Positions 1 to 10,674 of a stretch of DNA of 64,000 nt are shown here, one piece after another. Origin of the DNA: Rhynchopus sp. YZ270_cl-10 (Eukaryota); NCBI GenBank assembly GCA_964035575.1, contig OZ037833.1, positions 868,001 through 932,000 on the forward strand, written 5' to 3'. Under the pieces are notes generated by a model, which did no database searches, had not been told where the DNA came from, and saw only the letters and a list, made by a program, of their open reading frames with translations. A program made the position numbers and the translations under genes. Each line of letters opens with the position of its first letter. Within the stretch, counting starts at the first letter, position 1.

Positions 1-1364
1 ACATCAGGGTACTTTGTTGTATGATTTTCTGAGTTGCGCGAGAAAATCCGCACCATAGCCTGGCTCGCACCCGGCTTCTTTGAATAGTGAATCTGCGCAC
101 GTTCCCCATCATATTTGTATTCACAGGTAAAGTCTCCGTCGGTGAAGCGCTTCAGAATATGCGACACCCCCTTCGTCGGCTTGGCCAGCATAGGTTTGAC
201 GGGGAGGTTCAGCGTTAAGGTGACCTGCTCTAATGCTGCGAGACCACCGCTGATGAGATTGGGAATGATGTAGTCGAAGGAGGGCATTTCGTTGAAGGCC
301 TGCTTCAAGCGGTCGGAGGTTGTGTTCATGAGGGATTGTGCCTTTGCGTCGGAGAGCTTTGTTAGATCCACTTCGACTGCAAGAAATGCATGTGCCACAG
401 CCATCAGAACCGTCATTTCAGCCAACCCAATCCGCATCTTACCCTGCAAACACCGAATCAAAAAATTCGCCTCAATAGGCTGAGAACTTCTCATCATTTT
501 TGATATCCAATCGGACCGTCTCTTCTGTACCTCCTTTCCACTCTCCATCGCAACCTGCTTCAATGTAGCAAACACATGAGTGATCGTTAACGGCTTTGGT
601 TTCAAAAGCATCTGCTGGTTTGACTTCGTATTCTGTGCAATCTCCGCCAGATCTCCCCCTTTTTTATATTTCTCCCGGATTTTCGCTTCGCTCAACCCAC
701 CTCCTGCGGCAATGCATTTAATCAAGAAGGCGTCTCCGATGCCTAGCTCAACTCCCTCTACGGCAGGTGCAAGCTTGTTGAGGGAAAGGTAGACTGCAGG
801 GAGAACAGCTTCGGGGGCAGTTTCGATGAGGGTGATCAAACATTGTGTCATGAGTGTGGAAACCTCTAGTCTCGCGGATACCGCCGACACCTCTGTCAAT
901 GTGTCCGCAAGATAGAAATACGGAACCGGATTCCCTGCCTCCCACGACATCTTTTTCGGGTTTTTCACCGCATTTTTCAGCATTTTTGCGTGATTCAGAG
1001 CAACCGGGAGTTTGTCCTCCGCAACCTTCGCAACATCCAAAAACTTCGGTTTTGGTGATAATTTCTTAAACGCATCGCGTTTTTCTTTGCGAAATGCTGT
1101 TCTCACCGTATCAGGGTTTTCTGTAGGGGAACGTGCCCTTTTGGTTCCCTTCGGGGGTGATGCGGTTGAAGCGTTAGGTGATGCAGTAGGTTCGGGGGCT
1201 GGCGGGGGAGTTTCTAGAGTAGGCACAACAGCGTCGGCAGCAACGAGAAGTGCTTCTGTTTCGGTCTGTTTACGTCCAGGTGAGGCAGGTTTCGGTGCAG
1301 GTTTGGCTCCAGCTCCTTTAGCAGCCTTCTTAAACATGCCCGCCAGCGAGAGTTGGCGGCTCAT
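1..1364 (-). CDS. LIG1: ATP-dependent DNA ligase I (CDC9/LIG1), C-terminal part beyond the window edge
   Basis: ATG at 1364 (MSRQLSLAGMFKK...) is in frame with ligase motif I FTCEYKYDGERAQIH (about 83-130), VKPMLAKPTKG and IFSRNSEN. It is absent from the ORF track because it runs off the window. Confidence 0.93.
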   Translation of the reverse strand, partial: MSRQLSLAGMFKKAAKGAGAKPAPKPASPGRKQTETEALLVAADAVVPTLETPPPAPEPTASPNASTASPPKGTKRARSPTENPDTVRTAFRKEKRDAFKKLSPKPKFLDVAKVAEDKLPVALNHAKMLKNAVKNPKKMSWEAGNPVPYFYLADTLTEVSAVSARLEVSTLMTQCLITLIETAPEAVLPAVYLSLNKLAPAVEGVELGIGDAFLIKCIAAGGGLSEAKIREKYKKGGDLAEIAQNTKSNQQMLLKPKPLTITHVFATLKQVAMESGKEVQKRRSDWISKMMRSSQPIEANFLIRCLQGKMRIGLAEMTVLMAVAHAFLAVEVDLTKLSDAKAQSLMNTTSDRLKQAFNEMPSFDYIIPNLISGGLAALEQVTLTLNLPVKPMLAKPTKGVSHILKRFTDGDFTCEYKYDGERAQIHYSKKPGASQAMVRIFSRNSENHTTKYPD

Positions 1365-1784
1365 GACAAAAGCCTTTTAAATTTTGTTTTTCTGTGGTTA
1401 AGATTTTTTTTGAAATTTGGAGGGGGGGAAAAGGGGGTGGGAGGGAGGAAAAAAATAAGCTGCTTTTTATATCTCGAGACAATAGGTATTGTTTTGTTTT
1501 TTTGTTTGCTTTTTTTTAAAATACAGTTCTTTCCGGGAAGTGATTCACATAGAATATTAGATAACCGGTTTCATGTGAATGCAACAGGGGGGTAGAGGGG
1601 GAGAAATTTCTTTTTTGGGAGGTCATAAAAATAATGGGCTTAAAACACACAAAAAGCTTATCAGATGAATCTAAGCACCCCTCTTGTGTTTAGTCATCCT
1701 CAAAAAAAAAAGGTGGGGGGGAAAGGTAGTCGTTAATGAACACCCTCCTTAATGAGTGAAGCTCAATAAGGATTGAGACGGATA

Positions 1785-2726
1785 CAGGCCTAATGCTAAC
1801 TTTGGGGGAGGGGGGAAAAAAGTGAACCGACGGAAAAAAAAAAAAAAACGAAAAAAAAAAATTCCTCCCCTCCTCCGGGAAGGGGTCCAGGGTTTTCGCT
1901 TATCTTCATGAAAAAAAATTTTCCCCAAAATCGTGAAGATATGTCCAAAAAGGGGTCAAAAATTTTTTTTTCGCGCTCCGCGCGAAAAGGTCCGTTCATT
2001 TCGCGTAAATACGTGATGACGTGGGATGGTAACGTACATCAAGAACCAAACCAACCCTTTTCTCACGTTTTTCCACGTCAAGCCCTCGCATTAGGTTCTC
2101 TCTAGTGAACGAAACCTTCCCTCAGGACAAGAAGAAACGGCGGTTGATATCAAAACTTTCTGGCGAAGCCACGGTACGCAACATTTCAAAATTTGTGACC
2201 TAAAACCGAACATTTTTACAGCCAAACTATGGTAGAGGTCTGTGGGCTGCCAGTTTTTGAGCTGCGCCGCAGGCGCACGGTACGCTACTTTTTTAATTTT
2301 TGCCGGCAAGGGGGGGTGCATCATTGAGTCCCTGAAACAAGTCTCCATCGTCACCGCCATCGCAATCGCCATCTTCGCTTTCCTCTTTAACATCAACAGA
2401 TGCAACACTGCTCTCTGTATCTTCAGAGATCAGAACTTCTCCAACACTCGATGTCTCGTCGACTGACAGACCCTCCTCCTCCTCGAACCCAGTGGTGGGG
2501 CCGCAGTATGCACTGCTGTGTCCTTCTTTTAATCTCCCTTCCTCCTGAAGATGCGGGCGCAGGTGCCCACATCTCCAGGACCAAGGTACCCACGGCATAC
2601 CACAGGCAGAGAACCCCCCATCCCAAAAAACCCCCATTTTTAAGGGTGAACCGACGAACCAACGGATAAATAAAAAAAATAATAAATAAACGTGAACCGA
2701 CGAACCAACGGTTAGCATTAGGCCTG
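1785..2726. mobile_element. Non-autonomous hAT-like DNA transposon
   Basis: Perfect 16-bp TIR CAGGCCTAATGCTAAC. 8-bp TSD GACGGATA (1777-1784 and 2727-2734). Subterminal GAACCGACG repeats. Acidic ORF fragment inside. Confidence 0.9.
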
Positions 2727-2894
2727 GACGGATACACAGCCAAAAAAAAAAAAATAATAATAATACAGCGAGAGATGTACATCAAGCAAACAGAAATTTT
2801 TCGAAGAGAGGAGGGAAAAAAAAAAAGAGAAAAAAAAAACGTCAACGAGAAAGGAGAACTACCTCCCGATACCTGATAAAAAGTATTTCAAATA

Positions 2895-3175
2895 CTGTAT
2901 TCGTACAAAAGTATCGACCGTAAAAAAAAAAGAAAAGTTTATAAGATGATCCTAAGCCTCTCGTGCTTAGTCACCTTATCATATTCGCTATCGCACAGCA
3001 TCAGCGGCGCTGGCTTCCACAAGTTTGTTGTCAGGGATGATGTCATTTCCCCAGCCGGAGTTCGTAATTTTGGCACGTACGATGACGTGTTCGAGCAAAA
3101 AAAAGGTCGAACTTCCAAAAAAAAATTTCTGAAAAGGTCGAACATTATTACGGTCGACAATATTCCCGATTACGG
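2895..3175. mobile_element. TA-flanked Tc1/mariner (pogo/Tc2-like) MITE, degenerate copy
   Basis: 3095-3177 matches the MITE at 26502-26606. Ends are TA|CTGTATTCG ... CGATTACGG|TA. A family-A micro-element is nested at 2932-2977. Confidence 0.55.
2932..2977 (-). repeat. Hairpin micro-element family A (representative copy)
   Basis: Plus-strand consensus GAAAAGTTTATAAGATGAACCTAAGCCTCTCGTGCTTAGTCACCTT. Full or partial copies near 1662, 2943, 3762, 4008, 4108, 4706, 9647, 13276, 13536, 14218, 16254, 16750, 25709, 30461, 31318, 32328, 32429, 37118, 37450, 38258, 41288, 44103, 44963, 48545 and 49028. Confidence 0.9.
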
Positions 3176-3864
3176 TATTAAAAAAAAAGCGTGTTATAAC
3201 AGGGGTGTGTACACTTGGCAAGAAAGAAAGAAAAAAAAGTTCAGAGATGAGCATGCCTCACGTACCTACACATCTAAAAGAAAACTGCAGTTGGGGCGAC
3301 TAAGCCCCGGGGCAATTTTACCCCCTCAAAAAAAAAAAAAGCTTTGTTCGGGTACGATGAAAATGTAAGTGGCAATGCCAAGGCACAAAATTTGCGCTCT
3401 CACTACATTCCCACTACATTCGGTTTTCACTTATGTTATGACGACACTATTTTTTTTCATTATTTCTCCTGACTTGGGGGTGGGAGCTTTTTTATTTTCT
3501 ACCCAAAAATTTCAGGAAACAACAGAGGACAAGCTTTGAAAGATGAATGGAACACTGCACTTGGTTTGAAGAAAGATTATTGAAAAAAAAAGGGGGGAGG
3601 GGTGAAGTTCGTCGCACTTTCCTATCGTTTGTTGCAAATCTCCTTGGTGATTTTTGTGCGGGCAAAGAATGGAGGAAAAAAAAAAACATGCGACGTTAAG
3701 TTGAAAGTGCAAACGCCTCTGGGACGCAGGCACTGACACTCCGCGGGGGAAAAGGTTTTATAAGATGACCTTAATCATCTCGGTGCTTAGTCACTTTGAT
3801 CACAAAATCGTTATCGTACAGCATTAAACCCAACAAAAGCAGGAGGGGTCAAAGAGAAAAAAGA

Positions 3865-3912
3865 GAAGTTGAAAAGTGCAAACGCCTCACCGTTCATAGG
3901 TGGACGCAGGCA
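3865..3912 (-). repeat. Hairpin micro-element family C (representative copy)
   Basis: Plus-strand consensus GAAGTTGAAAGTGCAAACGCCTCACCGTTCATCGGCGGACGCAGGCACTGA. Copies near 3699, 3865, 13466, 16014, 34173, 37169 and 42234. One inverted copy at 35978-36020 lies inside a DNA transposon. Confidence 0.85.
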
Positions 3913-4463
3913 AAAAATATATATACAGTGAACCACCTCCGTGCTGTGCTCCAGGACAAAGAAATCGACTGTTTTGTGGTGTCAAACGAAGAACAGTTTT
4001 TTTTTATAAGATGACCCTAAGTAAGCCTCTCGGTGCTTAGTCTGATTAGATTATTCTTTGGTTTATTCATCAGTCATTTGTTTTTTTTTATGTTTTTTTT
4101 TGTCTCTAGGTGACTAAGCCTCTCGGTGCTCAGTCACCTAAATAAAATGCCCTCGCGCAAGCCTTGCTGCGTGCGTCCCACCCTTTTTTTTTTTTTTTTC
4201 TTCTTTTTCGCAGTCGCTCCCTAAAAATTCTCTTGACAATGGAACAAGAGGAACCCCGGGTGGATAAGTTACTAAACAAAGAGAAAACTGAACGTGCAAA
4301 AAAAAAAAAAAAACCGCCTCACCGTGCATCGACGGATACGGGCACAAACAACTTATTTAAAAAAGAGAAAAAAGGAGAACAGGAAAAAAAGGAAAGTACA
4401 GAGAGTATCATAAGAGACTTACACGAGCAAAGCAGCAAATACGGACAAAAAAAAAGGGGGGGG

Positions 4464-4504
4464 GTTGACTTGAAATACAAAGCCCTCTCGTGAACAATGT
4501 ACCT
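4464..4504 (-). repeat. Hairpin micro-element family B (representative copy)
   Basis: Plus-strand consensus AAAGTTGACTTGAAATACAAAGCCCTCTCGTGACAGTGTACCT. Copies near 4464, 4934, 6094, 7421, 30398, 31253 and 45011. Confidence 0.85.
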
Positions 4505-5701
4505 TTGGTACAATGACCGGCTGTACAGGGGGTCCTACAATCCATTTCGTGGTTTACATCTGAGAAAAAGTGAAGATGTTGTGCAAAGTGCAAAACCCTT
4601 TGCGGCCCCAAAGAGTGCACCGCAAGGACAATCGTGATCTGCCCCCTTTTTTTGTAACATCAACAAAAAAACCACCCCAAAAAACCGAAAGAAAAAAAGG
4701 TTCGCAAGATGAACCTAAGCCATGCTTTGAGTCACCTAAAAAAAATTTTTTTTTGCTTTAAAAAACGTGTGTTCTGCCCCACTAGCTCCCCGTTCTTATG
4801 TTCGTTTTGTTTTTGTTTTTTTGTTAAAAAATACAGACACTCATTTACCCGAGCGCCATTGGAGGCTAGGTTGTGTTCACAGAAAGAAAAAGGTGTTCCA
4901 TGTATGGTTTAGTTGCAAAAATAAAAATAAAAATGTGACTTGAAATAATAAAGCCCTCTCATGACAGTACGCCTGAAGAAAGCTTGTCAGATGCCTCTCG
5001 TGGCACACATACACACAGTGTCACACACACCTCGGAGCATATTCTGCGCAAGAATTACCCCCCTATTAGTTATCAAACACATCTTTTTACCACTATGGTT
5101 ATCGTGCAAACAGAACACAGAAAAGAGAAAAAAAAAAAATTTTTTTTTTTTGATAAATTGTTTTGGAGTAGTGTAGTTGCCTTGGTTGTGTTGCCACAGT
5201 TGTGCAATCTCCACTTTCCTTTTTTTTTTTGTGAGATAAGTCGGAAGTTTAGTGCTGAGTCAGCTAATAATAATAATAATAATAAACAGAGCTGCTTTTC
5301 ATGAGTGACAGAGACGGACAAAGGGGCAGGCATGTTGGACCATGCAGGGAAACACTTTTATATAAGGCAAAAATAGTGACTCTGATAGGTAAAAGGAAAA
5401 AGGCTTTTCTTTCCGTTGATTGCTCAAATTATTTACAGAGGTGATTAAGCGACCGTATCTGAGGAACCCTCTTCTCCTTTAAGCTACGCTTGTAGGTACA
5501 AAAAAAAAAGAAGAAGAAAAAGAAAGGTTTTGTGGTCTGAAAGGGGCTGATTCGCACTGTTCCCCGCACTTTTTCCGCCCCCCGATTCAGCCACACCATT
5601 AATTTTTTTTAAAAATACACTTGGTATCCCTTTGCATGTCCACCCACCCTCTTTCTCTCTCCCTCTGTTCATATGACTCGAGTGGAAAAGGTAAAAGCGC
5701 T

Positions 5702-5850
5702 GGAAACTTTTAACTTGTTGTTTAGAAGATGACCTGCCCGAAGACAGGCTTCTGTACACACTGTATTGGGTTGTTTTGTTTTGTTTTGCTTTTTTTTGAA
5801 AACTTGGTTTTGTATTAGTGTAGACACCCCCAAGGATGGGCTCCACTATA
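5702..5850 (-). repeat. Composite of a UUCG-hairpin element (family H) and a family-D element
   Basis: AACTTTTAACTTGTTGTTTAGA..ACCTGCCCGAAGACAGGCTTCTGTACACA.TGTATTGGGTTGTTTTGTT followed by a family-D copy. The same arrangement recurs at 40933-41054. Confidence 0.85.
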
Positions 5851-6522
5851 CAAATTAAACACGCTTTTTAAGCAACTGATGAACACACGAAGATTTCTTT
5901 TCTTTTCTTTTCTTTCCTTTTCTTTACTGTTCGTTTCATTTGCTATTCAAAATCCGGGACCAAAAATGACAGAGGTCTGTTGTGGACCTTCAAACAAACT
6001 AATCAATAATGCAGTACCCTACCTACAACATAACTAACGAATACAAAAAAAAAAACAAAAAAGTACGGGGGAAAAAACAAAGAGAAAAAATTTTGGCTTG
6101 AAATGTAAAGTCCTCTCGCGACAGTGTACAAAAAAAAGAAAAAGAAAAATATGAATACTAGCTACACTGTCCTTCCCCACCCCAACCCCTTTTTTTTGTT
6201 AGAACATTGCTGAAAAGTGTTTTTTTGGGAGTGTTGCTCTATTTAGGTTGGTACCCCACACCCCCATTTTTTTTTAAATATTACCTGATACCCTGGATAC
6301 CATAAAAGTTGCTGTGACGATTCCACTCTATGAGTTGGGCCGGAAAATCGCCAATACTGTGAGAACGTTCTCACATTTTTTTTTCTTCTTCTTTTCTTTT
6401 GCTTTTTATTATTTACCGTACAGAAGTGTGCGAACGTGAGGTAGCGGTGTTGGTGGTCTTCTTCGTTCCTGTTTTCGGCTTCGAAGACGCTCTGTGTGTA
6501 GGGCGTTGGTTTGAATGGAATA

Positions 6523-7258
6523 CAGTGCTCCCGCTAAGACAGAACCTCAAATACCCCGTGACCCAAGCTAATTATGTCAGGAACGCAGCCACATAGGGGT
6601 GCGAACGGCGAACCGCCGGGGAAAAAAAAAAACCTTGTCAGCTAATGCTTTCTTTCGGTGGCGCTCCCAGTGGTGGAAACTATTTTGCCCATCCAGCGAG
6701 TCAGGGTGATGGGATTGAGGCTCAATGAACTGAACGCAAAGTTCAGTCTTGGTGTCCGTTTTGGTAACGGCACCAGCTACGAGGACCTACCCGCGAGAAG
6801 GGCGAAGCTGAGGGAGGCGATCACAGCGGCAAAGGAAGCGTTACGGGAGCAAGAGAGCTCGAGGATGGAGTTGCAGGACCGTGCAGAGAGCACTCTGCTT
6901 TTTGGAGAAGGGGCCGGCGTCACCAGCAACGCTTCCCAGCCTGCCGACACCACCAACGACAGCGACACCGGCAACAACACCGCAATCAGCACCGGAGTCG
7001 TTGAAGAGTTGACCCGCGCACAGCGATGGACTGCGTTGTGTGAGAACCTCTCCGGATTCGGTGTACACGCCAAATCCCAATTTGAACTATTTCCTTATGT
7101 GTTTTTGGTGAAGTGCTTCCAGAGTGGAAGGGGTTTTCTATCCCGATTGCGCTTAAAGTGCGACAATGGATGCACCCCGCATCTTGCAACGAGTCGGGAG
7201 GGCGGCGAGTGTTCGCCTTGAGATAGCCAGGCTCAAACCGGCCTTAGCGGGAGCACTG
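6523..7258. mobile_element. Non-autonomous hAT-like element carrying an ORF
   Basis: Perfect 16-bp TIR CAGTGCTCCCGCTAAG. 8-bp TSD ATGGAATA/ATGGGATA (7 of 8 match). Confidence 0.85.
6658..7221 (+). pseudogene. 187-aa ORF inside the hAT-like element (transposase remnant or captured gene fragment)
   Basis: GC-rich open frame with a coiled-coil-like stretch, confined within the TIRs and opposite in orientation to all host genes. No recognisable domain. Confidence 0.35.
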
Positions 7259-7378
7259 ATGGGATAATATAAAAAAAAAAATTGCATCAGCAATCACTTC
7301 ACATGATATAAAGCTGCGCTTGGGAGTGGTTTACAGGGAAACTGTAAGCAGGTATACAGTCATTACCATCAAAAACAA

Positions 7379-10300
7379 CTACAAGAAGGAATGGCAACTA
7401 CTGACACTACAAAAAAAAAAGTTGATTTGAAATACAAAGCCCGCCCCCCTACCTTGAAAAACACACACATACCGAGGAGACATCGTACGCACCAGCTTCG
7501 CACGGCCTGGGGTGAGTGGACTCACGGACCTGCGCCCATTAAGGTTTGGCGACGCACTGCGTGTCTGGTTCGGCGAAACATTCCTTTTGAAGGTGCGTGG
7601 GGTGGGGCTGGCCTGCTGGGTGAGCACGGGGGGGTCTGAGTGGTAGGGCGCTTTGTCTGCTTCTGTGAAGACGTCGTCACGCTCACCTTTGTAAGGTGGT
7701 GGGGAGCAGGAGCGTTGGGGGCGGGGGAGTGTGGGGCACTTCAGTCCGTCCATGACGACGTGCAGCTTCTGGTCTTCGTCGTAGATGCGTTCAGGGGAGG
7801 TGCTCCGCACGATGTCTTCCCCTAGCATCTGACGCATGCGCTCTGCACCTTTCCTTGCAGGGTCGGCACGCAGCATTTGGCGGAGCTTTTCTTTGTTGGG
7901 ACGGTTGCTGACGTAGCGCATTTTGAATTCGGAGAAGGCGCGCACCGCGTCGCGGACGTCCTGCATTGTCCAGTCTTTGGGGAGGTTGCCGTCGCTTGCG
8001 TGGATGAGCTCGAGGAGCAGTTTGACGTCGTCGAAGACGTTTGAGTATTCTTCCTCCTTGCGTTCCAAGTTGGAGAGAGTATACCGGAGGGACTCCTTGT
8101 CGTGCATTGCGTCTTTGAGGAGTTCGCCGTTGGTTCTGATTGCTTCCTCTGCAGTGGTCTTCTCGTGCCCGACGCGGTGGAGGCGTGCTTCGTATTGGCG
8201 AATGGAAAGGGCGTGGGCGTCGCGTTCGTTTTGCAGTTCGGTGCATTTGGCTACCAGCTCGGAGTCGTGTCGGCGGATTTTGCGGTGCGCCTGGTCAAGC
8301 TCCTGTTGAAGCCGTTCAATGTCTTTGTGATGAAGGCGTTGCTTGTAGGTGGCGTCGTTCTCGACAGCGCGGAGGTCAGACTTCATGTTGTTTTTGTCGG
8401 CCTCTCGCTCAATGTGGAGGCGTTGGATCTGCAGTTGGTACTCCTTCGCCATGTCTTCTGATTCTTGTACGATGGCGCCAAGCTCGCGGTCGTGGTGTTC
8501 GCTGGTGTGTTGCTTCTCGAGTTGGTGTTCTGCGAGGATGTCGGACATTTGTTGGCTTAGTTCGTTGATGCGCTCGGTCATCGCTTGTTGATGTTGGTCG
8601 GAACGTTGTTGGTTGGAGAGGGCACGCTCGCGTTCGACGCGAAGGGCAGAGTCGAGGTCGCCTGCACGTCGTGACATATCGTCTTCTTTGAGCTTCATCA
8701 AATCCTTCTCGCGTTTCAAGCTGTCGACCAGCTCGCGGTGATCTGCTAGATCGTGTTTCAACGCTTTCGCTGCAGTTGCTGCCGCCTCTGCTTCGGTCTT
8801 TTTTGATTCGATCTCGTCGTGCGCGGTTTTTAACCTCGCCTTTGCAAGACCAATCACCACTGCACTCTTGAATGCCTGAGCTACCTGCCGTTCCTTCGTC
8901 TTCTCAAGCTGTGCTTTGATCACTTCAGCGTCTTCTACTGCCTTTGAGAAGCGGGACTCCATTTGCCGTTTGTCGTTGACTGCCACTTCGAGGTCGGTTT
9001 TGACGACTTCAAGCTCCTCTTGGGAGGCTTTGCCTTCCATGTCGTCCATTGCCTTTTGTGCGTCGATGATACGCTTTTCCATGTCGGCGAGGAGCTTGCT
9101 GGTGTCGTCCTCGTTGACCTGCAGGTTGTTTACAATGGAGCGGGCACGCATCGCGTATTCCAGCGTACGGAAGGATTCATAAGCATTGCAGTGGTGTGGG
9201 CTGACTGTTGCAAGCATATACGTCTTCGCGTTGCCTCCCAAGTCCTGGCGGAGGAGCCACGTCAGCGTGCTGTCTCTGTAAGGCACCACAATACCCGGTT
9301 TCTGCTCAATAAGCGCGTCAATGACACGCCGCAACGTCGTCAGCGACAGATTGATCTTCTGAGCCTCGAGGAGGGTGCTGCCTTGCGCGCCGCTGCGTTT
9401 GACGTTCTCGCTTCCAGCAAGGTCGACAAGGTTGATATTCGCACGGCGCACGCTTGTGAGCTGAGAGGGGGGTGGAGGTGGAAGTAGTGGCGATGTGACA
9501 AAGGGATAACATACCGTTTTAGGCCCTCCGATGCCCACCCGTTCTTGCCGGAGAACTGTTGTTTGCGTGAGGGATATCTGTTAGGTTTGGTTTATTTTGT
9601 TGGGGGAAAAGAGACGACGCAGATCTTGATAGTATAGAAAAGCTTTAGATGAACCTAAGCCTCTCGCCTCGTTGCTCCCTTAGTCTGATTAGATTATTCT
9701 TTGGTTTATTCAGCACCTTGGATATGACATACTCTGAACATAGCATGGGAACGTGACGACCTATCATTCAGCTTTGTCTGCGCAATGCTACGTGCCTGGT
9801 TGCCTGCTGTCACAAGAGCGATCATGTCTTTGTAGCTCTTCGGCTTGAACACCGTTGTGCCATGGACGTATGGCCCGGAGACAGGGTGTTCACGCACTTT
9901 GAGGTCGTCGCTGTCGAGGGGCTTGCCCACCTTAGCGGCATCGTGCTCGCGCATGCTTTCACATCCTTCTACACGCGCCTCTGCCAGCAGATCCCTAACC
10001 TTTTCGTTGTAGATCTCGAGGAAGCGCACCTCGACCTCGCTTTGCTTGGTGAAGCCGGTCTTCATGCTTTGCTCCTGCCAGAGCTCCATATCCGTGAACA
10101 GCGCGCGGCAGAGCCGTGGGATCACCCCCATCGCTTCTTCTGGACAATCTGGGTCGGTGATCTGAGCAGGATCCCCCATCATGGTATGGGTCTTCCCGGA
10201 CCCTGTCTGTCCGTAGGCGAAAACGCAGGAGTTAATCCCTTCCCAGGCGGTTTCGAGGCAAGGCGCTCCGGTAGCTTCGTAGACCTCGCTTTGCGAGGCA

Positions 10301-10674
10301 AATGGCACGTCCGTGTTTTTTTCTTGCGTGCAGGACCAGAACACTTTGTCAAAGTTGAACCCAGTTTTGGTGGTATAGTCGTTCTGGTGGTCGAGGAAGA
10401 GGACCTGGTCGATCCGGGGCATGTTGATGACCGACTGGAGGTAGCTGTTGTCTTCAGTGGCCTCTTTGATTTCATAGTCCCCGAAGGGACGGACGCGGAC
10501 CATGACCTGAACAGAGTCGGATGAGTCCTTCTTCCCCTTCTTCGCCCCTCCCGGAACACTCGACCCTCCCACCGTTCTTGTTTTTTCATACGAGCTTTTC
10601 AGCTGTTCCGTAGTAGGCAACGCAGCTTTCCGTTTCATTTTCCCTGCGCTTGGGTCATACTTCTGAGCCCCCAT
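7379..10674 (-). CDS. Kinesin motor protein (kinesin-3-like head, long coiled-coil stalk), spliced
   Basis: Motifs GQTGSGKT, VREHP..GPYV, SSRSH, LVDLAGSE and PYRDSTLTWLL..LGGN. Exons are 10674-9733, 9577-9515 (ISLTQTTVLRQERVGIGGPKT) and 9460-7473. Introns 9732-9578 and 9514-9461 are GTATGT..CAG. A further GTATGT donor at 7472 makes the true 3' end uncertain. Confidence 0.92.

Noticed and set aside
292..1380. Plus-strand ORFs at the window start
   Set aside because: They are antisense to the DNA ligase I frame.
2950..2970. CACGAGAGG as an rRNA sarcin-ricin loop fragment
   Set aside because: Only the C-GAGA-G cap matches. The AGUA/GAA motif and flanking LSU rRNA sequence are absent.
5702..5850. 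Micro-elements as hammerhead or HDV ribozymes, snoRNAs, tRNAs or spliced-leader copies
   Set aside because: I found no CUGANGA/GAAA core, nested pseudoknot, C/D boxes, cloverleaf or euglenozoan SL sequence by eye. A covariance-model search would be needed for a firm exclusion.
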